Program-made: the position numbers and the translations under genes
Notes under the pieces: generated by a model
What the model saw: only the letters and a program-made list of their open reading frames with translations
Told to the model about the DNA's origin: nothing
The model's database searches: none
DNA from: Deltaproteobacteria bacterium
GTDB taxonomy: Bacteria; Desulfobacterota; Desulfobacteria; Desulfobacterales; Desulfosarcinaceae
Length of the DNA: 64,000 bases
NCBI GenBank assembly: GCA_020444075.1
Contig: JAHLLR010000001.1
Coordinates: 47,782 to 111,781, forward strand
Direction of reading: 5' to 3'
Part shown: piece by piece, positions 1 to 10,332 of the stretch
Layout of the letters: every line of letters starts with the position of its first letter
Position numbering within the stretch: the stretch's first letter is position 1

Positions 1-3
1 ACC

Positions 4-687
4 ATGGGATCAACAGAATCAGAGGAGAACTTCATGGACAGCCCCATCCACAATTACTGGCAACTTCGGCTTCAAAAAATAAAGAAGGCGCTGGAATCCA
101 ACAATTTCGATGTCTACATCGCCGACAATAAGGACCTGGCAAAAAAAATGGCCTACGACACGATTATCCCGGCCATTGCCCCGAAAACCATCTCCTGGGG
201 AGGATCAATGACCTTTGTCGGCACACGGCTTTACGAAACGCTGAGAAATGATCCTCGCTACGCGGTGCTGGACACTTACGACAAAAGCCTCTCACCGGAA
301 CAGAGCATGCAGCGTCGACGGGAATCGCTCCTGGTGGATCTGTTCATCACCGGCACCAATGCCGTCACCGAAAACGGCCAGCTGGTCAACCTGGACATGA
401 TCGGCAATCGGGTGGCAGCCCTGACCTTCGGCCCCAAACAGGTGCTCCTCTTCATCGGCCGGAACAAGATCGTGCCGGATCGTGAAGCCGCCATCGCCCG
501 AATTAAAAACTACGCGGCACCGGTGAACGTCATGCGGCTGGACAAAAAAAGTCCCTGCGGCAAAACCGGCCGCTGTGAAAACTGCAGCAGCCCGGACCGC
601 ATCTGCAACACCTGGACAATCACGGAAAAGAGTTTCCCCAAACACCGGGTGAAGATCGTTCTGATCAACGAAGACATGGGATTCTGA
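4..687 (+). CDS. LUD-domain (LutC/YkgG-like, lactate utilization family) protein with C-terminal Cys cluster
   Basis: 227-aa ORF; WGGSMT, FITGTNAVTENGQLVNLDMIGNRVAA and CGKTGRCENCSSPDRICN match LUD-family motifs; start could be 34. Confidence 0.8.
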   Translation: MGSTESEENFMDSPIHNYWQLRLQKIKKALESNNFDVYIADNKDLAKKMAYDTIIPAIAPKTISWGGSMTFVGTRLYETLRNDPRYAVLDTYDKSLSPEQSMQRRRESLLVDLFITGTNAVTENGQLVNLDMIGNRVAALTFGPKQVLLFIGRNKIVPDREAAIARIKNYAAPVNVMRLDKKSPCGKTGRCENCSSPDRICNTWTITEKSFPKHRVKIVLINEDMGF

Positions 688-699
688 GGAGCAATAGCC

Positions 700-993
700 A
701 TGACCATTGAAGCAACTACCTGGCTCTATGTGGCCATTCAGAAAAACGGACCCGGCGAACAGATCGTCGGGCAGACCGACAGCGAACACGATATCTCTTT
801 CATCCCGGCCTTTTTGAATAAGGAATCCGCACAACAGGCCATGTTTCATCTGCACCTGGAAAAAAAGAAGAAGTACGAAGTGCAGGCCATCATCTACGAA
901 GACCTTGCCCGCCACGCCGTCGAAAACGGATTTCTCGTTTTTGTTCTGGATGATGAGGGAAAGGTGTTGGAGCGTCTTCCGGCTACCCCGTAA
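700..993 (+). CDS. hypothetical protein
   Basis: 97-aa ORF with GAGGAG RBS, 12 nt after the previous stop; protein-like composition. Confidence 0.75.
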   Translation: MTIEATTWLYVAIQKNGPGEQIVGQTDSEHDISFIPAFLNKESAQQAMFHLHLEKKKKYEVQAIIYEDLARHAVENGFLVFVLDDEGKVLERLPATP

Positions 994-1072
994 AATTGGC
1001 TTTTATTTTTTTTATCCGCCGCCGCTGCCTTGCAGACGGTCGGCCCCAGGTGGATCGGAACCCGATGGGATC

Positions 1073-1912
1073 TCAACCGATCGGGTTGACCAGATGCCGT
1101 ATAAACGCTGAGATGGATGTCCGCACAGCCTCGGCCTTTTCCAGATGAGGCGCGTGACCACAGTCGGGAATCACCTCAACGGCCACCGCCCCCCCGGCTT
1201 TTTTCCGGATGACATCAATCTGGTCCTGTGATCCGTATGGATCCTTTTCCCCCTGAATGGCCAATACCGGCACATGAATGGCCGGTAGGAAGGCATCGAT
1301 CGTCCACTGCCTGAAATCCGGATCAAGCCACACATCGTTCCAGCCCCAGAAAGCACAGTCGGTATTTTCCCGGTGGTAGGGGGACAGGCGCGCTTTAAGA
1401 CCCCCGTTGAGGTAGCGGTCGCGTGCAGCTTCAATGGATCGCCGGGTGAGGTCTTCGCAAAAAACATGGGCGGCCAGGGTGACAACCCCCTTCAGGCCCG
1501 AACAGGGACTGCCGCCGGCATTAATCAGGGCGATGGAGCCGCCGTCGGAATGGCCGATAAGAAGGTGATCGCGAATGCCGGTTTGCCGAATAACCTCGGG
1601 CAGCACCACCAATCCCTCGTGGTGCATGAAATCAACCTCTCGCGGCAAAGGGCAGGGGGCGGACCCCCCGTATCCCAGGCGGCTGTAAACCAATGCCCCG
1701 CAACCGGTGATTTCGGCCAGCCGGGCCGGGAAATCCCGCCACAGGTCCACGCATCCCAGCCCTTCGTGAAGGAATACCAGGGTGGGCGCTTGATCCGGTC
1801 TGGGACCGATCCATGCGGCCTCCAGCCGGCCCCCGTCAACGATCAATGGAATGTCAGACCGGATCTGACGGGTTATTTCTGAACCCACTTGCCGCCTGTA
1901 TCCTGGAGCCAC
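1073..1912 (-). CDS. alpha/beta hydrolase
   Basis: LVFLHEGLG oxyanion loop, GHSDGG nucleophile elbow, QGEKDPYG acid, CGHAPH His; true start uncertain (probably downstream of 1912). Confidence 0.9.
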   Translation of the reverse strand: MAPGYRRQVGSEITRQIRSDIPLIVDGGRLEAAWIGPRPDQAPTLVFLHEGLGCVDLWRDFPARLAEITGCGALVYSRLGYGGSAPCPLPREVDFMHHEGLVVLPEVIRQTGIRDHLLIGHSDGGSIALINAGGSPCSGLKGVVTLAAHVFCEDLTRRSIEAARDRYLNGGLKARLSPYHRENTDCAFWGWNDVWLDPDFRQWTIDAFLPAIHVPVLAIQGEKDPYGSQDQIDVIRKKAGGAVAVEVIPDCGHAPHLEKAEAVRTSISAFIRHLVNPIG

Positions 1913-2244
1913 TCCCCGGGCTTGGCATTGTCGGCAATTTGAAGCGCCCGACGCCGACCAACCACGTCGGCGGTCGTTCCCTGCTGCTTGGCGATGGCGC
2001 CGTATACCAGCTGCCGGTCCTGGTTTTCCGCGTCCACCAGCGCCTGTTCCGACTTGTTGCCGCCGATGAAGGCAAGAAACCCCTGATTGTTCTCCCCGAT
2101 AATGCCGGCAGCCTTGAGTGCAATAATCCTCGGCAGCCGGTCTTTCATCCGCGCCTTAATATCACCGCAAAATGCGGACGATGAAAAAAGAAACACACCG
2201 GCGGCAACCGCTGCCATAAACCATAAATATCGTTTCTGGTTCAT
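1873..2244 (-). CDS. ydbL: YdbL (DUF1318) family exported protein
   Basis: Signal peptide, then IGENNQGFL...LVDAENQDR...Y..IA...GEWLQ pattern; follows ynbE/ydbH. Confidence 0.85.
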   Translation of the reverse strand: MNQKRYLWFMAAVAAGVFLFSSSAFCGDIKARMKDRLPRIIALKAAGIIGENNQGFLAFIGGNKSEQALVDAENQDRQLVYGAIAKQQGTTADVVGRRRALQIADNAKPGEWLQDTGGKWVQK

Positions 2245-2290
2245 TTCAATAGTCCTTTCATTGCCAACAAAATACCCTTTATCTCCGGTC

Positions 2291-2503
2291 TCATTCGGTT
2301 TTTTTGATCTCTTTGGCGGTTTCGTCGATATCGCCGAAGAAATCGTCCAGGGCCCGATCCACTTTGACGTTGACATCAATGGTGATGTGGATGGGTTTGA
2401 TTTCCACCGGCTTTACCTCCACCTCGTGGTGGGTAAAGCAGGATGAAAGCCCCCACAAAGCCCAGGCGATTGCGGCCGCCAGTAGCAGCCTCTTTCTTAG
2501 CAT
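2291..2503 (-). CDS. ynbE: YnbE-like lipoprotein
   Basis: Lipobox LSSC; KPIHITIDVNVKVDRALDDFF; lies between ydbH and ydbL. Confidence 0.85.
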   Translation of the reverse strand: MLRKRLLLAAAIAWALWGLSSCFTHHEVEVKPVEIKPIHITIDVNVKVDRALDDFFGDIDETAKEIKKTE

Positions 2504-2518
2504 AACAGGTCTCCTTTG

Positions 2519-5290
2519 CTACTGATTCATGTTGACGATGTCCTTATACTGCAAAAGCTGGTTCAGGGGAAGTCTCAGGTTAACGTCCAGACCGATGCCC
2601 TGGAAAACCGAGCCCTGCGCGCCGGCCTCGACGCGAATGAAGCCGCCGATCTCTTTTTTATAAATAAACGGCAAGGGGTTGGCCGGCTTGCCGTCGAACT
2701 GGAGGCGCATGACAAAATCTTCCCCCTCGGACACCAACCCAAGCTTGGCCCAGGTATAGGCGTAGTCCTTCAACGCCGCCTGGGCCAGTTCCACCTGGGC
2801 AAACTGGGGGGTTCCCGCCGGGATTCCCCGGGTGAGGATGTCGGTGCCGGTCAGCTGAATCTGTCCGGTTTCCCCGGGGGTGGAAAAAAGAAACCCGTCA
2901 TCGAAGCGAATGCGGCCGTTGGTGTATGCAATGGGAATCCTGCCGTTTACCGTGCCGCTTCCCCTGGCGTTCACCGCACCCAGCTGTTCGAGGATACGGG
3001 ACAAGCCCAAACGCTGGCAGTAAAGGCTCACCTGGTAGTCCTGCCGGCCGGCGGCAATCCGCAGAGACTGGGCATCCACCTTGCCGCCGCACCAGTTCAG
3101 ACGGCCTTTCTCGATAAACAGGGTGTTGTCCGATTCCACCTGGACATCGAATGACCCTCCATCCACCACGATGCCGCCCATGGCAGCCCGGGAGAACTCA
3201 ATATGCTGGGCGGGTCCGCTGCGAATGCGGGGCAGTTCTGGAAAACGCAGGGTCGCGTCGATGCCCGTCACGGTTATTTTCTTTTCCGCCATCTCCAGTT
3301 CGCCGCTTTTCATTGAGACATTGAGATCGCCCTTGAAGCCACTGAAAGAGACCGATGCGTTTCCATTCGCCGAAACCGTCCCGGAGAGGGTCACGCCTTT
3401 CATCGCCGGGACAAAACGCCCCACATCGCTTCCAGCCGGCAGTTCATAGGATGGAACCTCAAAGGTGACGTCTGCATTCTCGAAGCGGAGCCCGCGGGTG
3501 AGCACCTTTCCCGTAAGCGCGGCGGTCATTCCGGGAAACAGGTCGCTTTCATGGGCAGCGGCAAACGCATAGGCATTTTTTTTCTGAGCAATCCGGCCCT
3601 GGATTTTGCCCAGGAAATGCTTTCGGTAATCGATCCGCGCAATGGAGAAGGTGCCATCACTGACCGTGGCCTTAAGGTCCGAACGGAAGGGAAGGTCCAG
3701 ACGCCCGCCCGACAGGCGCAGGCCGCTGTTTTGATCCTGGAACTGGCCGTTAGCGAAGCGCAGCCGGGCATCGACAGCCGGCGTACCGCCTCCTTGCTGG
3801 TGAAACCGGGCGGACAGGGTCAAGGCATCGAGTTTAGCGGCCATACCCTTGCCATCGACCGTCGGATTGGGAATCCGTATCCGGACGTCGCCAATCCAGG
3901 CCGGGCCATGGGGTTCTTGCTTGAACTGCAACTGCCCTGTTGCGTCCGCCGATGGCAGGTTGACGATTGCCCCGGCGGCGGTTGCCCGGAGCGCATTCAG
4001 TCCCAGCTGCCAGTCGGCGGTCCCATTTTGCCCGTCACCCGTTGCCGTCAGACTGAAGCGGGGTGAAGCGCCATGAATGCGCGTGCCGGCAATGGTGATA
4101 TCCATCGGATCCAATCGGGAGGACGGGTTGTTTTCGCTCCTGCGGAATCCGGCGGACCATTCGCCTGTAGCCTTTTGGGTGACATCGAAGGTCGCCGGCA
4201 CAGGCACGCCGGATTTCATGGTGACCGGCAACGGGGATTCAACGGAGATGGGCAAAACCGTCATATCGACATTGCCGGTCACGCCCCGAATGTCTCCACC
4301 AAGATTCAAGGTGGCCGTCATCCGGTTGATGATCAGGGGTACCGGTGCCTGAAGCCGCAGCCCCCCGGCATTAACCTGCCAGGTTGCGAGGTTCTCGGCA
4401 ACGGCGGACAGGCTGGCCGCCGCCTCATCCCCTCCCGGTTCAATGTTAACTGGCCCATACGCCAGCCGGCCGCTGCGCCAGGTCAGGTCCACATTCGCGC
4501 CCAGGATGGCAAAGGGGGTCAATGTCACCCTGGCGTTTGTCTGAACGGTCACGTCACCGGTGGCATCCAGTCCGGGAAGAAGATGAATCAGGTCGGCGAA
4601 CCGGTCCAGGTCGACAGCTTTGGCGTCAAGGCCCACCTTTACTTTCCGGTTCTCGACATCCACCTGCGCGGCAATCGCCAGGAGTTGGTCGCGGGGGAAC
4701 AGGCGTATATGGGCATCCAGGTTCATCATACCCCGCCCATCCGGTCTAATATCTGCCTCGAAGGGGATTTTTTGGGTCGCATGGCGCCAGGTCAGGTTGA
4801 CCATGCCGCTGCGGATTTCGATCTTCTCCACCGACAAGCCCGCGAGTGATGACGATGTGCCTGAAGGTGCTTTGTCCTCAAGTTTATTACGCTCCCATAC
4901 GCCTGGATCCAAACCCGGAAAGACCATACCATCAGGGCCCAGGGTCGCGTTCACCGTCAGCCCGCTGATGCGGAGGCTGCGAATTTTCTTTTGACGTACT
5001 TCCCCCGGTGAATAGTCAAGCACGATGGAATCAATTGAAAGGGCCGGTTGGTCGGCATGGCCGAAAACAAACGGCCCCGCCGCCGTCTGGTGCAGACCGA
5101 TCCTGGAGATCCGTCCCGTGAAATCCGCAAATCCCAAGCGCTGGATCTGCGCCACGGGAAGCCGGTCAGTGACCAGCGCCGGCAGGACCAGATAGCCCGC
5201 CAAAAGCAGGCACGTCGCCAGGGCGGCCGCCGTCACCAGAACCGGAACAACGGTCGGCCAATTCCATTTGCGTGGTGAGAGTTCGTTCAT
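2519..5290 (-). CDS. ydbH: YdbH family AsmA-like intermembrane lipid-transfer protein
   Basis: 923 aa, N-terminal TM anchor, beta-rich body, C-terminal GSGTVNGRIPI / ALKDYAY / LDVNLRLPLNQLL; synteny with ynbE-ydbL. Confidence 0.85.
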   Translation of the reverse strand: MNELSPRKWNWPTVVPVLVTAAALATCLLLAGYLVLPALVTDRLPVAQIQRLGFADFTGRISRIGLHQTAAGPFVFGHADQPALSIDSIVLDYSPGEVRQKKIRSLRISGLTVNATLGPDGMVFPGLDPGVWERNKLEDKAPSGTSSSLAGLSVEKIEIRSGMVNLTWRHATQKIPFEADIRPDGRGMMNLDAHIRLFPRDQLLAIAAQVDVENRKVKVGLDAKAVDLDRFADLIHLLPGLDATGDVTVQTNARVTLTPFAILGANVDLTWRSGRLAYGPVNIEPGGDEAAASLSAVAENLATWQVNAGGLRLQAPVPLIINRMTATLNLGGDIRGVTGNVDMTVLPISVESPLPVTMKSGVPVPATFDVTQKATGEWSAGFRRSENNPSSRLDPMDITIAGTRIHGASPRFSLTATGDGQNGTADWQLGLNALRATAAGAIVNLPSADATGQLQFKQEPHGPAWIGDVRIRIPNPTVDGKGMAAKLDALTLSARFHQQGGGTPAVDARLRFANGQFQDQNSGLRLSGGRLDLPFRSDLKATVSDGTFSIARIDYRKHFLGKIQGRIAQKKNAYAFAAAHESDLFPGMTAALTGKVLTRGLRFENADVTFEVPSYELPAGSDVGRFVPAMKGVTLSGTVSANGNASVSFSGFKGDLNVSMKSGELEMAEKKITVTGIDATLRFPELPRIRSGPAQHIEFSRAAMGGIVVDGGSFDVQVESDNTLFIEKGRLNWCGGKVDAQSLRIAAGRQDYQVSLYCQRLGLSRILEQLGAVNARGSGTVNGRIPIAYTNGRIRFDDGFLFSTPGETGQIQLTGTDILTRGIPAGTPQFAQVELAQAALKDYAYTWAKLGLVSEGEDFVMRLQFDGKPANPLPFIYKKEIGGFIRVEAGAQGSVFQGIGLDVNLRLPLNQLLQYKDIVNMNQ

Positions 5291-5530
5291 TTAACAGTCG
5301 ATGCTCTGGGCGAAGAGCAGTTCCCTCGCCCGTTCATGCCCCAGGCCGTCCGCCTGCCTGAAGCAGCCAGCGGCCCCGGCGGTGTTTCCGGTTTTGTTGC
5401 GGGTTTCAATCCCTGTTACACGGATAGGACTGGAAAATTCTAATCCTAAATGATATTGAACAGATATATATGTGTCAACAAAAAGGCCGTAAATCCAAAA
5501 GACAAGGTGGATTCTTTTTCGTGTGAGAAG

Positions 5531-6220
5531 ATGATCGCATGCCATGACATCACATTTCGATATCCGGGTGCAGAAATCCCGCTTTTTAATGGCCTTGAGG
5601 TAACCATTGACAAACCGGGCTTTCACGCCCTGTTCGGGCCGTCCGGCGTCGGTAAAACCACCCTTGCCAGAATTCTTTCCGGCGACATCGACACCTTCTC
5701 AGGGCGTGTGCAGGCCCTGGCCGATATGCCCTGCCTGTATACGCACAACCGGGAGCGGCTCCCCGGCTGGAGTCCGGTGGGCCGGCACCTGGAAAAAACC
5801 ACCCCCCCGGGCCGCCAACAGCTCAGAGACGAACTGATTGACCATTTCGGCCTCTCAACCCTCATGGGCATGCGCTTTTCCCAGCTCTCCATGGGGCAGT
5901 GCAACCGTGTAAACCTGCTGCGATATCTGCTTCAGGATTTCGGCATCCTCATCATGGACGAAAGCCTGGCCAATGTGGATGAACCTACCCGGCACGCCAT
6001 ACTTTACACGATCAAATCGACCTTCCCGGAGTCCGGTTTTCTCTACATTTCCCACAACGTGGTGGAGGTGTCCCGGTTCTGCGACCAGATCGTCGTCTTT
6101 CGCGGGGCGCACCTATCCCCCCAGACCCGCCTCGTCCGCGGGCAGGACCACCGTGAAGACCGGCCCCTGGATAAAACGGCGATGGAACGGTCCATGCTGG
6201 AGATCATGAATGCTGCATAG
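5531..6220 (+). CDS. NitT/TauT-type ABC transporter ATP-binding subunit
   Basis: Walker A GPSGVGKT, signature LSMGQ, Walker B ILIMDE, H-switch ISH. Confidence 0.9.
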   Translation: MIACHDITFRYPGAEIPLFNGLEVTIDKPGFHALFGPSGVGKTTLARILSGDIDTFSGRVQALADMPCLYTHNRERLPGWSPVGRHLEKTTPPGRQQLRDELIDHFGLSTLMGMRFSQLSMGQCNRVNLLRYLLQDFGILIMDESLANVDEPTRHAILYTIKSTFPESGFLYISHNVVEVSRFCDQIVVFRGAHLSPQTRLVRGQDHREDRPLDKTAMERSMLEIMNAA

Positions 6221-6959
6221 ACGAATTTTCCAGTTTCTCATCGTCTACCTGTTGGGCATCGGCCTGCTGTTCGGGATCAAGATCGTCCTGAACCTTTCCG
6301 ATTACGTGATCCCGGGGCCCGCAGGCGTCTGGCAGACGGGTCAGGCGGAGTTTTCCCGTTATGTGGGAGATGTGCTGGATACTTTTGCCGTGGCCGTCAT
6401 CGGCCAGGTTCTGTCCATTCTGATGGCCCTGGGCGTCGGCGTGGCCGGTCGCCGGGCCACCTGGCTCGGTTCCTTCATCAAAGTGGCCGCATATAATGTT
6501 CAGGCGTATCCCATCGTGGCCATCGCGCCGATTCTGTTCATCCTGCTGGGAGATGGGTTCCTGACCCGGCTGTTCATCGCCGCCATGATCTGCTATTTTC
6601 CGCTGCTGTTGTCGGTTATCGGCATCATGAGCGAACCGGTGACGGATATTGAACATTTCTATCGGGTAACGGGACGGCTGCGATGGCAGCTCGAAGTTAA
6701 AATCCGGGCTTTCGAGAACCTGCACAAGCTGACCACCGTAATTTCGGGCAGCGCCACCCTGGCCATGGCCGGTACCATCGTGGCCGAATTCATCGCCGCC
6801 AACGCCGGCATCGGTTACAGCATCCGCATCGCCCTTTACCAGAGCGATCTGGCCAAAATTCTGGTGGCCCTGTTTATCATCGGCATTACCCTCTCCCTGT
6901 ACCAGGGAATTTTGGAACTGCTGGGGGCCGGTTTGAAAAAGGTCTGGGCGGCCGGTTAG
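6210..6959 (+). CDS. ABC transporter permease (NitT/TauT family)
   Basis: Multiple hydrophobic segments, IPGPAGVW, IVAEFIAANAGIGY; overlaps the ATPase stop. Confidence 0.9.
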   Translation: MLHRRIFQFLIVYLLGIGLLFGIKIVLNLSDYVIPGPAGVWQTGQAEFSRYVGDVLDTFAVAVIGQVLSILMALGVGVAGRRATWLGSFIKVAAYNVQAYPIVAIAPILFILLGDGFLTRLFIAAMICYFPLLLSVIGIMSEPVTDIEHFYRVTGRLRWQLEVKIRAFENLHKLTTVISGSATLAMAGTIVAEFIAANAGIGYSIRIALYQSDLAKILVALFIIGITLSLYQGILELLGAGLKKVWAAG

Positions 6960-6985
6960 CGTCTTCACTGACAGGAGGTCGAATC

Positions 6986-7990
6986 ATGAAACCAGGCATG
7001 ACAATTCACCGGCTGGCCGCTGTGCTCCTGCTGCTGATCGTCGGCAATGGCCTGACGGCGGCCGACCCGGTTCTGGCTCAGGAAAAGGTTGTCTACCGCC
7101 TGAAATGGCTGATCAATGCCAGCACCGCGGGAGACGTATTTGCGCTGGATCAGGGTTTTTTTTCAAGGGAGGGACTGGCGGTCGCGGTCAAGGCGGGGGG
7201 CCCGGAGCGGGATGCCCTGCGGGAACTGGAACTGGGGTATGCCCAGTTCGGCGTGGCCTCGGCGGACCAGGTGATCCGGGCCCTGGCCAAAGGGGCGTCG
7301 GTGATCGTGCTGGCCCAGTTGTTTCAGGTCAACCCCCTCCAGTGGATCTATCGGGCAGACGATTTCTCCCTGACCCGAACCCAGGACCTGGAGGGGCGCA
7401 CGGTAGGCATCACCTATGGCGGCAACGATGAAACCATCATGCGGGCCCTGCTCGCCTCCGCCGGCATGAATGAAAATCAGGTCCGCCTGGCCAGCGTCCG
7501 ATACGACTACACACCATTTTTTGAAAACCAGGTTCCGGTTTGGCCGGTTTATCGCAACACCCAGGGAATCTTTTTATCGGATAAGCTTGCCGCCGGGGGA
7601 GAACGGGTGGCGTTCTTCGATCCGTCTGAACACGGCGTACGATTCGTAGCCAACAGCGTCGTTACCTCACAAAAAATGATGGATCTACATCCGGAAACGG
7701 TGGGGCGATTCACCCGGGCGCTGCTGGCCGGATGGCAGGCAGCCATGTCCCCGGCCCGCGAAACCGCGGTTATCCAGGCAGTGGCCCAATACGATCGTGA
7801 CACATCGGAATCGGTCATGCGCCGCCAGTTGACCGTCACCCGTCAGATGATCCAACCCGACCCCGGTATCCCCGTCGGCCATATCGATGCCACGGCATGG
7901 CAGCAGACCGAGCAGATCATGATTCAGCAGCGGTTGATTCCCGGTCCGGTGAACGTCGTCGACCGTCTCAAAACCCAGCAGTCTCCCTGA
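6986..7990 (+). CDS. ABC substrate-binding protein, NMT1/THI5/SsuA-like
   Basis: Signal peptide; RLKWL...GFFSREGLAV...GG...QFGV...DLEGRTVG pattern; GGAGG RBS. Confidence 0.85.
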   Translation: MKPGMTIHRLAAVLLLLIVGNGLTAADPVLAQEKVVYRLKWLINASTAGDVFALDQGFFSREGLAVAVKAGGPERDALRELELGYAQFGVASADQVIRALAKGASVIVLAQLFQVNPLQWIYRADDFSLTRTQDLEGRTVGITYGGNDETIMRALLASAGMNENQVRLASVRYDYTPFFENQVPVWPVYRNTQGIFLSDKLAAGGERVAFFDPSEHGVRFVANSVVTSQKMMDLHPETVGRFTRALLAGWQAAMSPARETAVIQAVAQYDRDTSESVMRRQLTVTRQMIQPDPGIPVGHIDATAWQQTEQIMIQQRLIPGPVNVVDRLKTQQSP

Positions 7991-8064
7991 TCGAATCCAA
8001 CCGGCTGTCACTTGCAGGTTGACCGCCAGGCGCATGGTCCATTAGCGAAGTAATGGATGGGGCG

Positions 8065-8796
8065 TTATTCCGGATAGCTGGCCCTGACCTTTTCGTGCAG
8101 GGCCTGAGACCGCATCCACAAAAACCCGGTGTCCGTGTCATAGTCGTAGGAAAGCAGACGGTCGGAGCCCTTTCCCGTCCAGCGGACCCTTTCTGCATGG
8201 TCTCCTTCCTGCCTGCCTTCGCCGAAACGCCGCAAGGCTTCGGCCTTCAGGTCCATGAAATCCAGATAATTGCTGGTCTCTACAAGAATAGTGTAGAGCC
8301 TCCCCTGCCAGAACCCGTAGAAGACATTGTCCACACTCGCTCGACCGAAGCGCTTTTTCCGCTGTTTGTTGATGTACTGCTGCACCCCCCCGTAGGCCGA
8401 ATCAGTTCCCACGAGTGTCAGACCTTCAAACTGCGACAACGGCTGGCCCCATTTCAGGTCAAGGAACCCGGTGTCGTTATCTGCCGGCAATGGCGGCGGG
8501 AGTGAGTGGCCGGCGGCAGGTGCGTCGGAGGTGGGTGGCGGATCGGTGGCCGGTTCCTGCCCGGAGGGCGGATGGGCTTCAACCGAGGCCGGTGATTGAA
8601 TCAGCCGTTCCACCTCTTTTTCATCGACACGGACCACCTGACCATTTTTATAATAGTTGACGACACCGTTTTCCTTCCAGGCCTTTCGGGTCTCAAACAT
8701 CTCTCCCGACTTGAGGATCACCATATCAGCCCCAACCGAGCCAACGCCCGTTAGCAGGATGATCGCAATAAGAAGGGTCAAAAAAAGTTTAAGCAT
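8065..8796 (-). CDS. exported hypothetical protein with Pro-rich linker
   Basis: 243-aa ORF, clear signal peptide (VGSVGA-D), DTGFLDLKWG second domain. Confidence 0.8.
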   Translation of the reverse strand: MLKLFLTLLIAIILLTGVGSVGADMVILKSGEMFETRKAWKENGVVNYYKNGQVVRVDEKEVERLIQSPASVEAHPPSGQEPATDPPPTSDAPAAGHSLPPPLPADNDTGFLDLKWGQPLSQFEGLTLVGTDSAYGGVQQYINKQRKKRFGRASVDNVFYGFWQGRLYTILVETSNYLDFMDLKAEALRRFGEGRQEGDHAERVRWTGKGSDRLLSYDYDTDTGFLWMRSQALHEKVRASYPE

Positions 8797-8991
8797 ACGA
8801 ATTCATTTCGATTATAGGTTCTTGCGCTGTCTTCAATGATAAAAAGGGATATCGAAAAGTACACCGGTGTCCGGTCATGTCCTAATCTATCCGCCTATAT
8901 TCGCCAAGTCAATTCTCCAGGAAAAAGCTTTGAATTTCTCACGCTGATGGCCTACCCTATGGCCCTGATGGATCGGACCAAGGAGGAGCCC

Positions 8992-9399
8992 TTGACGGAC
9001 ATACATGAAAACAGCGGGCATCGGCCCGAACCGCCACGCATGTGGGTGTATACGCTCCCCGGCGGCCACCGGGTGATGGCAGGGAAAACCGATGCGGACA
9101 ACGACCGCCTCAGCCTGAAAGTCGCCGGTCCCAACGACTGGTGGTTCCACGTGCGGGGCATGCCCGGAAGTCATGTGGTCCTGGTGGCTGCCGACGGCCA
9201 GGTGCCGGACCGGAGCACCCTGAACCAGGCCGCCGCCATTGCAGCCTACCACAGTAAAGCCAGGGGTGGCGGAGTTGTGGCGGTTTCCGGAACCCTGGCC
9301 CGCCATGTCACCAAACCCCGTGGCGCCAAGCCCGGAACCGTGCAGATTCGCAAAGAACGGATTTTTAAAGTTCGGCCGGCGCTGCCCGCATCTTCTTAA
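8992..9399 (+). CDS. NFACT-R (DUF814) RNA-binding domain protein
   Basis: AGKTDADNDRL, DWWFHVRGMPGSHV, AAAIAAYHSKAR, KPRGAKPG; AGGAGG RBS before TTG at 8992. Confidence 0.9.
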   Translation: MTDIHENSGHRPEPPRMWVYTLPGGHRVMAGKTDADNDRLSLKVAGPNDWWFHVRGMPGSHVVLVAADGQVPDRSTLNQAAAIAAYHSKARGGGVVAVSGTLARHVTKPRGAKPGTVQIRKERIFKVRPALPASS

Positions 9400-9459
9400 C
9401 AACCCTGACCCGCGGGATAATTTATTTTCCGGCGCCCGTTAACATTTTAAACTCAGAAG

Positions 9460-10008
9460 GTGACCCAGATGCTGTATCAATTCGACGGTAAGCAACCCCA
9501 GGTGGGAACCGGGACCTATGTGAGTGAACTGGCCCACGTCATCGGAGATGTCATCATTGGCGACCAATGCTATATCGGCCATGGCGCCATTGTCCGCGGC
9601 GACTACGGACGCATTGTCATCGGTGATGGAACCGCTGTAGAGGAGGGTGTCATTATCCATGCGCCGCCCGGCGACACCCAGTCCATTGGTCGGCGGGTAA
9701 CCCTGGGACACGGTGCCATTCTCCACGGTCGATCCATCGGCAACCTGGCCGTCATCGGCATGGGTGCGGTGGTCAGCATTTTCAGCCAGGTGGGTGAGCG
9801 CAGTATCGTGGCGGAGGGCAGCGTAGTCAAACTCAACCAGAAAATCCCTGACAAGGTGGTGGCGGCGGGAAACCCCGCCCAGGTCGTGCGGGCGGTTACC
9901 GATCAGGACGAAGAGCTGTGGGCATTCGGCAAGCAGCTCTACATCGACCTCGCGGCTAAATACCTCGGGCAGGGATTGATTCCGGTGGCCTGCTCACCAG
10001 AGGCATGA
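9460..10008 (+). CDS. gamma carbonic anhydrase family (hexapeptide repeat) protein
   Basis: IIGDVIIG, VRGD, IIH, TLGHGAILHG, GNPAQVVR motifs. Confidence 0.9.
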   Translation: MTQMLYQFDGKQPQVGTGTYVSELAHVIGDVIIGDQCYIGHGAIVRGDYGRIVIGDGTAVEEGVIIHAPPGDTQSIGRRVTLGHGAILHGRSIGNLAVIGMGAVVSIFSQVGERSIVAEGSVVKLNQKIPDKVVAAGNPAQVVRAVTDQDEELWAFGKQLYIDLAAKYLGQGLIPVACSPEA

Positions 10009-10047
10009 ATCCGAAAATGACCGGCTGATGGCAAGTTCACCTTTTTT

Positions 10048-10332
10048 TTACTGAATCCACGGCCGGGACAGACGCCGGCCGTGATTGCCGATGAAGACCA
10101 GGTTTCTGCAGCGGCCGCACAGGCCGGAAAGATTGCGACGAAGAACAACTTGACCAAAGGGATGAATAGATCTTAACCCGTTGGTATTGATATATACCTG
10201 TTCGACCTCCGGCCCGTAGGATTTCAGGGTGTTGACCAGTTCATGGGCCGAGCTGCCGTCGAAATCTCCATCAAGGGTGAGGTGGACACTATTTTTGCTT
10301 TTAAGCTGGAAAATCTTGAAATTCATGGCCAT
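10048..10332 (-). CDS. STAS-like (anti-sigma antagonist fold) small protein
   Basis: VHLTLDGDFDGSSA...INTNGLRSIHPFG; GGGAGG RBS before ATG at 10332. Confidence 0.75.
   Translation of the reverse strand: MAMNFKIFQLKSKNSVHLTLDGDFDGSSAHELVNTLKSYGPEVEQVYINTNGLRSIHPFGQVVLRRNLSGLCGRCRNLVFIGNHGRRLSRPWIQ

Noticed and set aside
905-1030. Apparent degenerate duplication (CACGCCGTCGAAAACGGATTTCTCG... versus TACCCCGTAAAATTGGCTTTT...)
   Set aside because: Short, T-rich and only about two-thirds identical by eye; compatible with chance
5291-5530. TPP riboswitch upstream of the NMT1/THI5-like transporter
   Set aside because: The conserved CTGAGA and ACCTGAT core elements are absent
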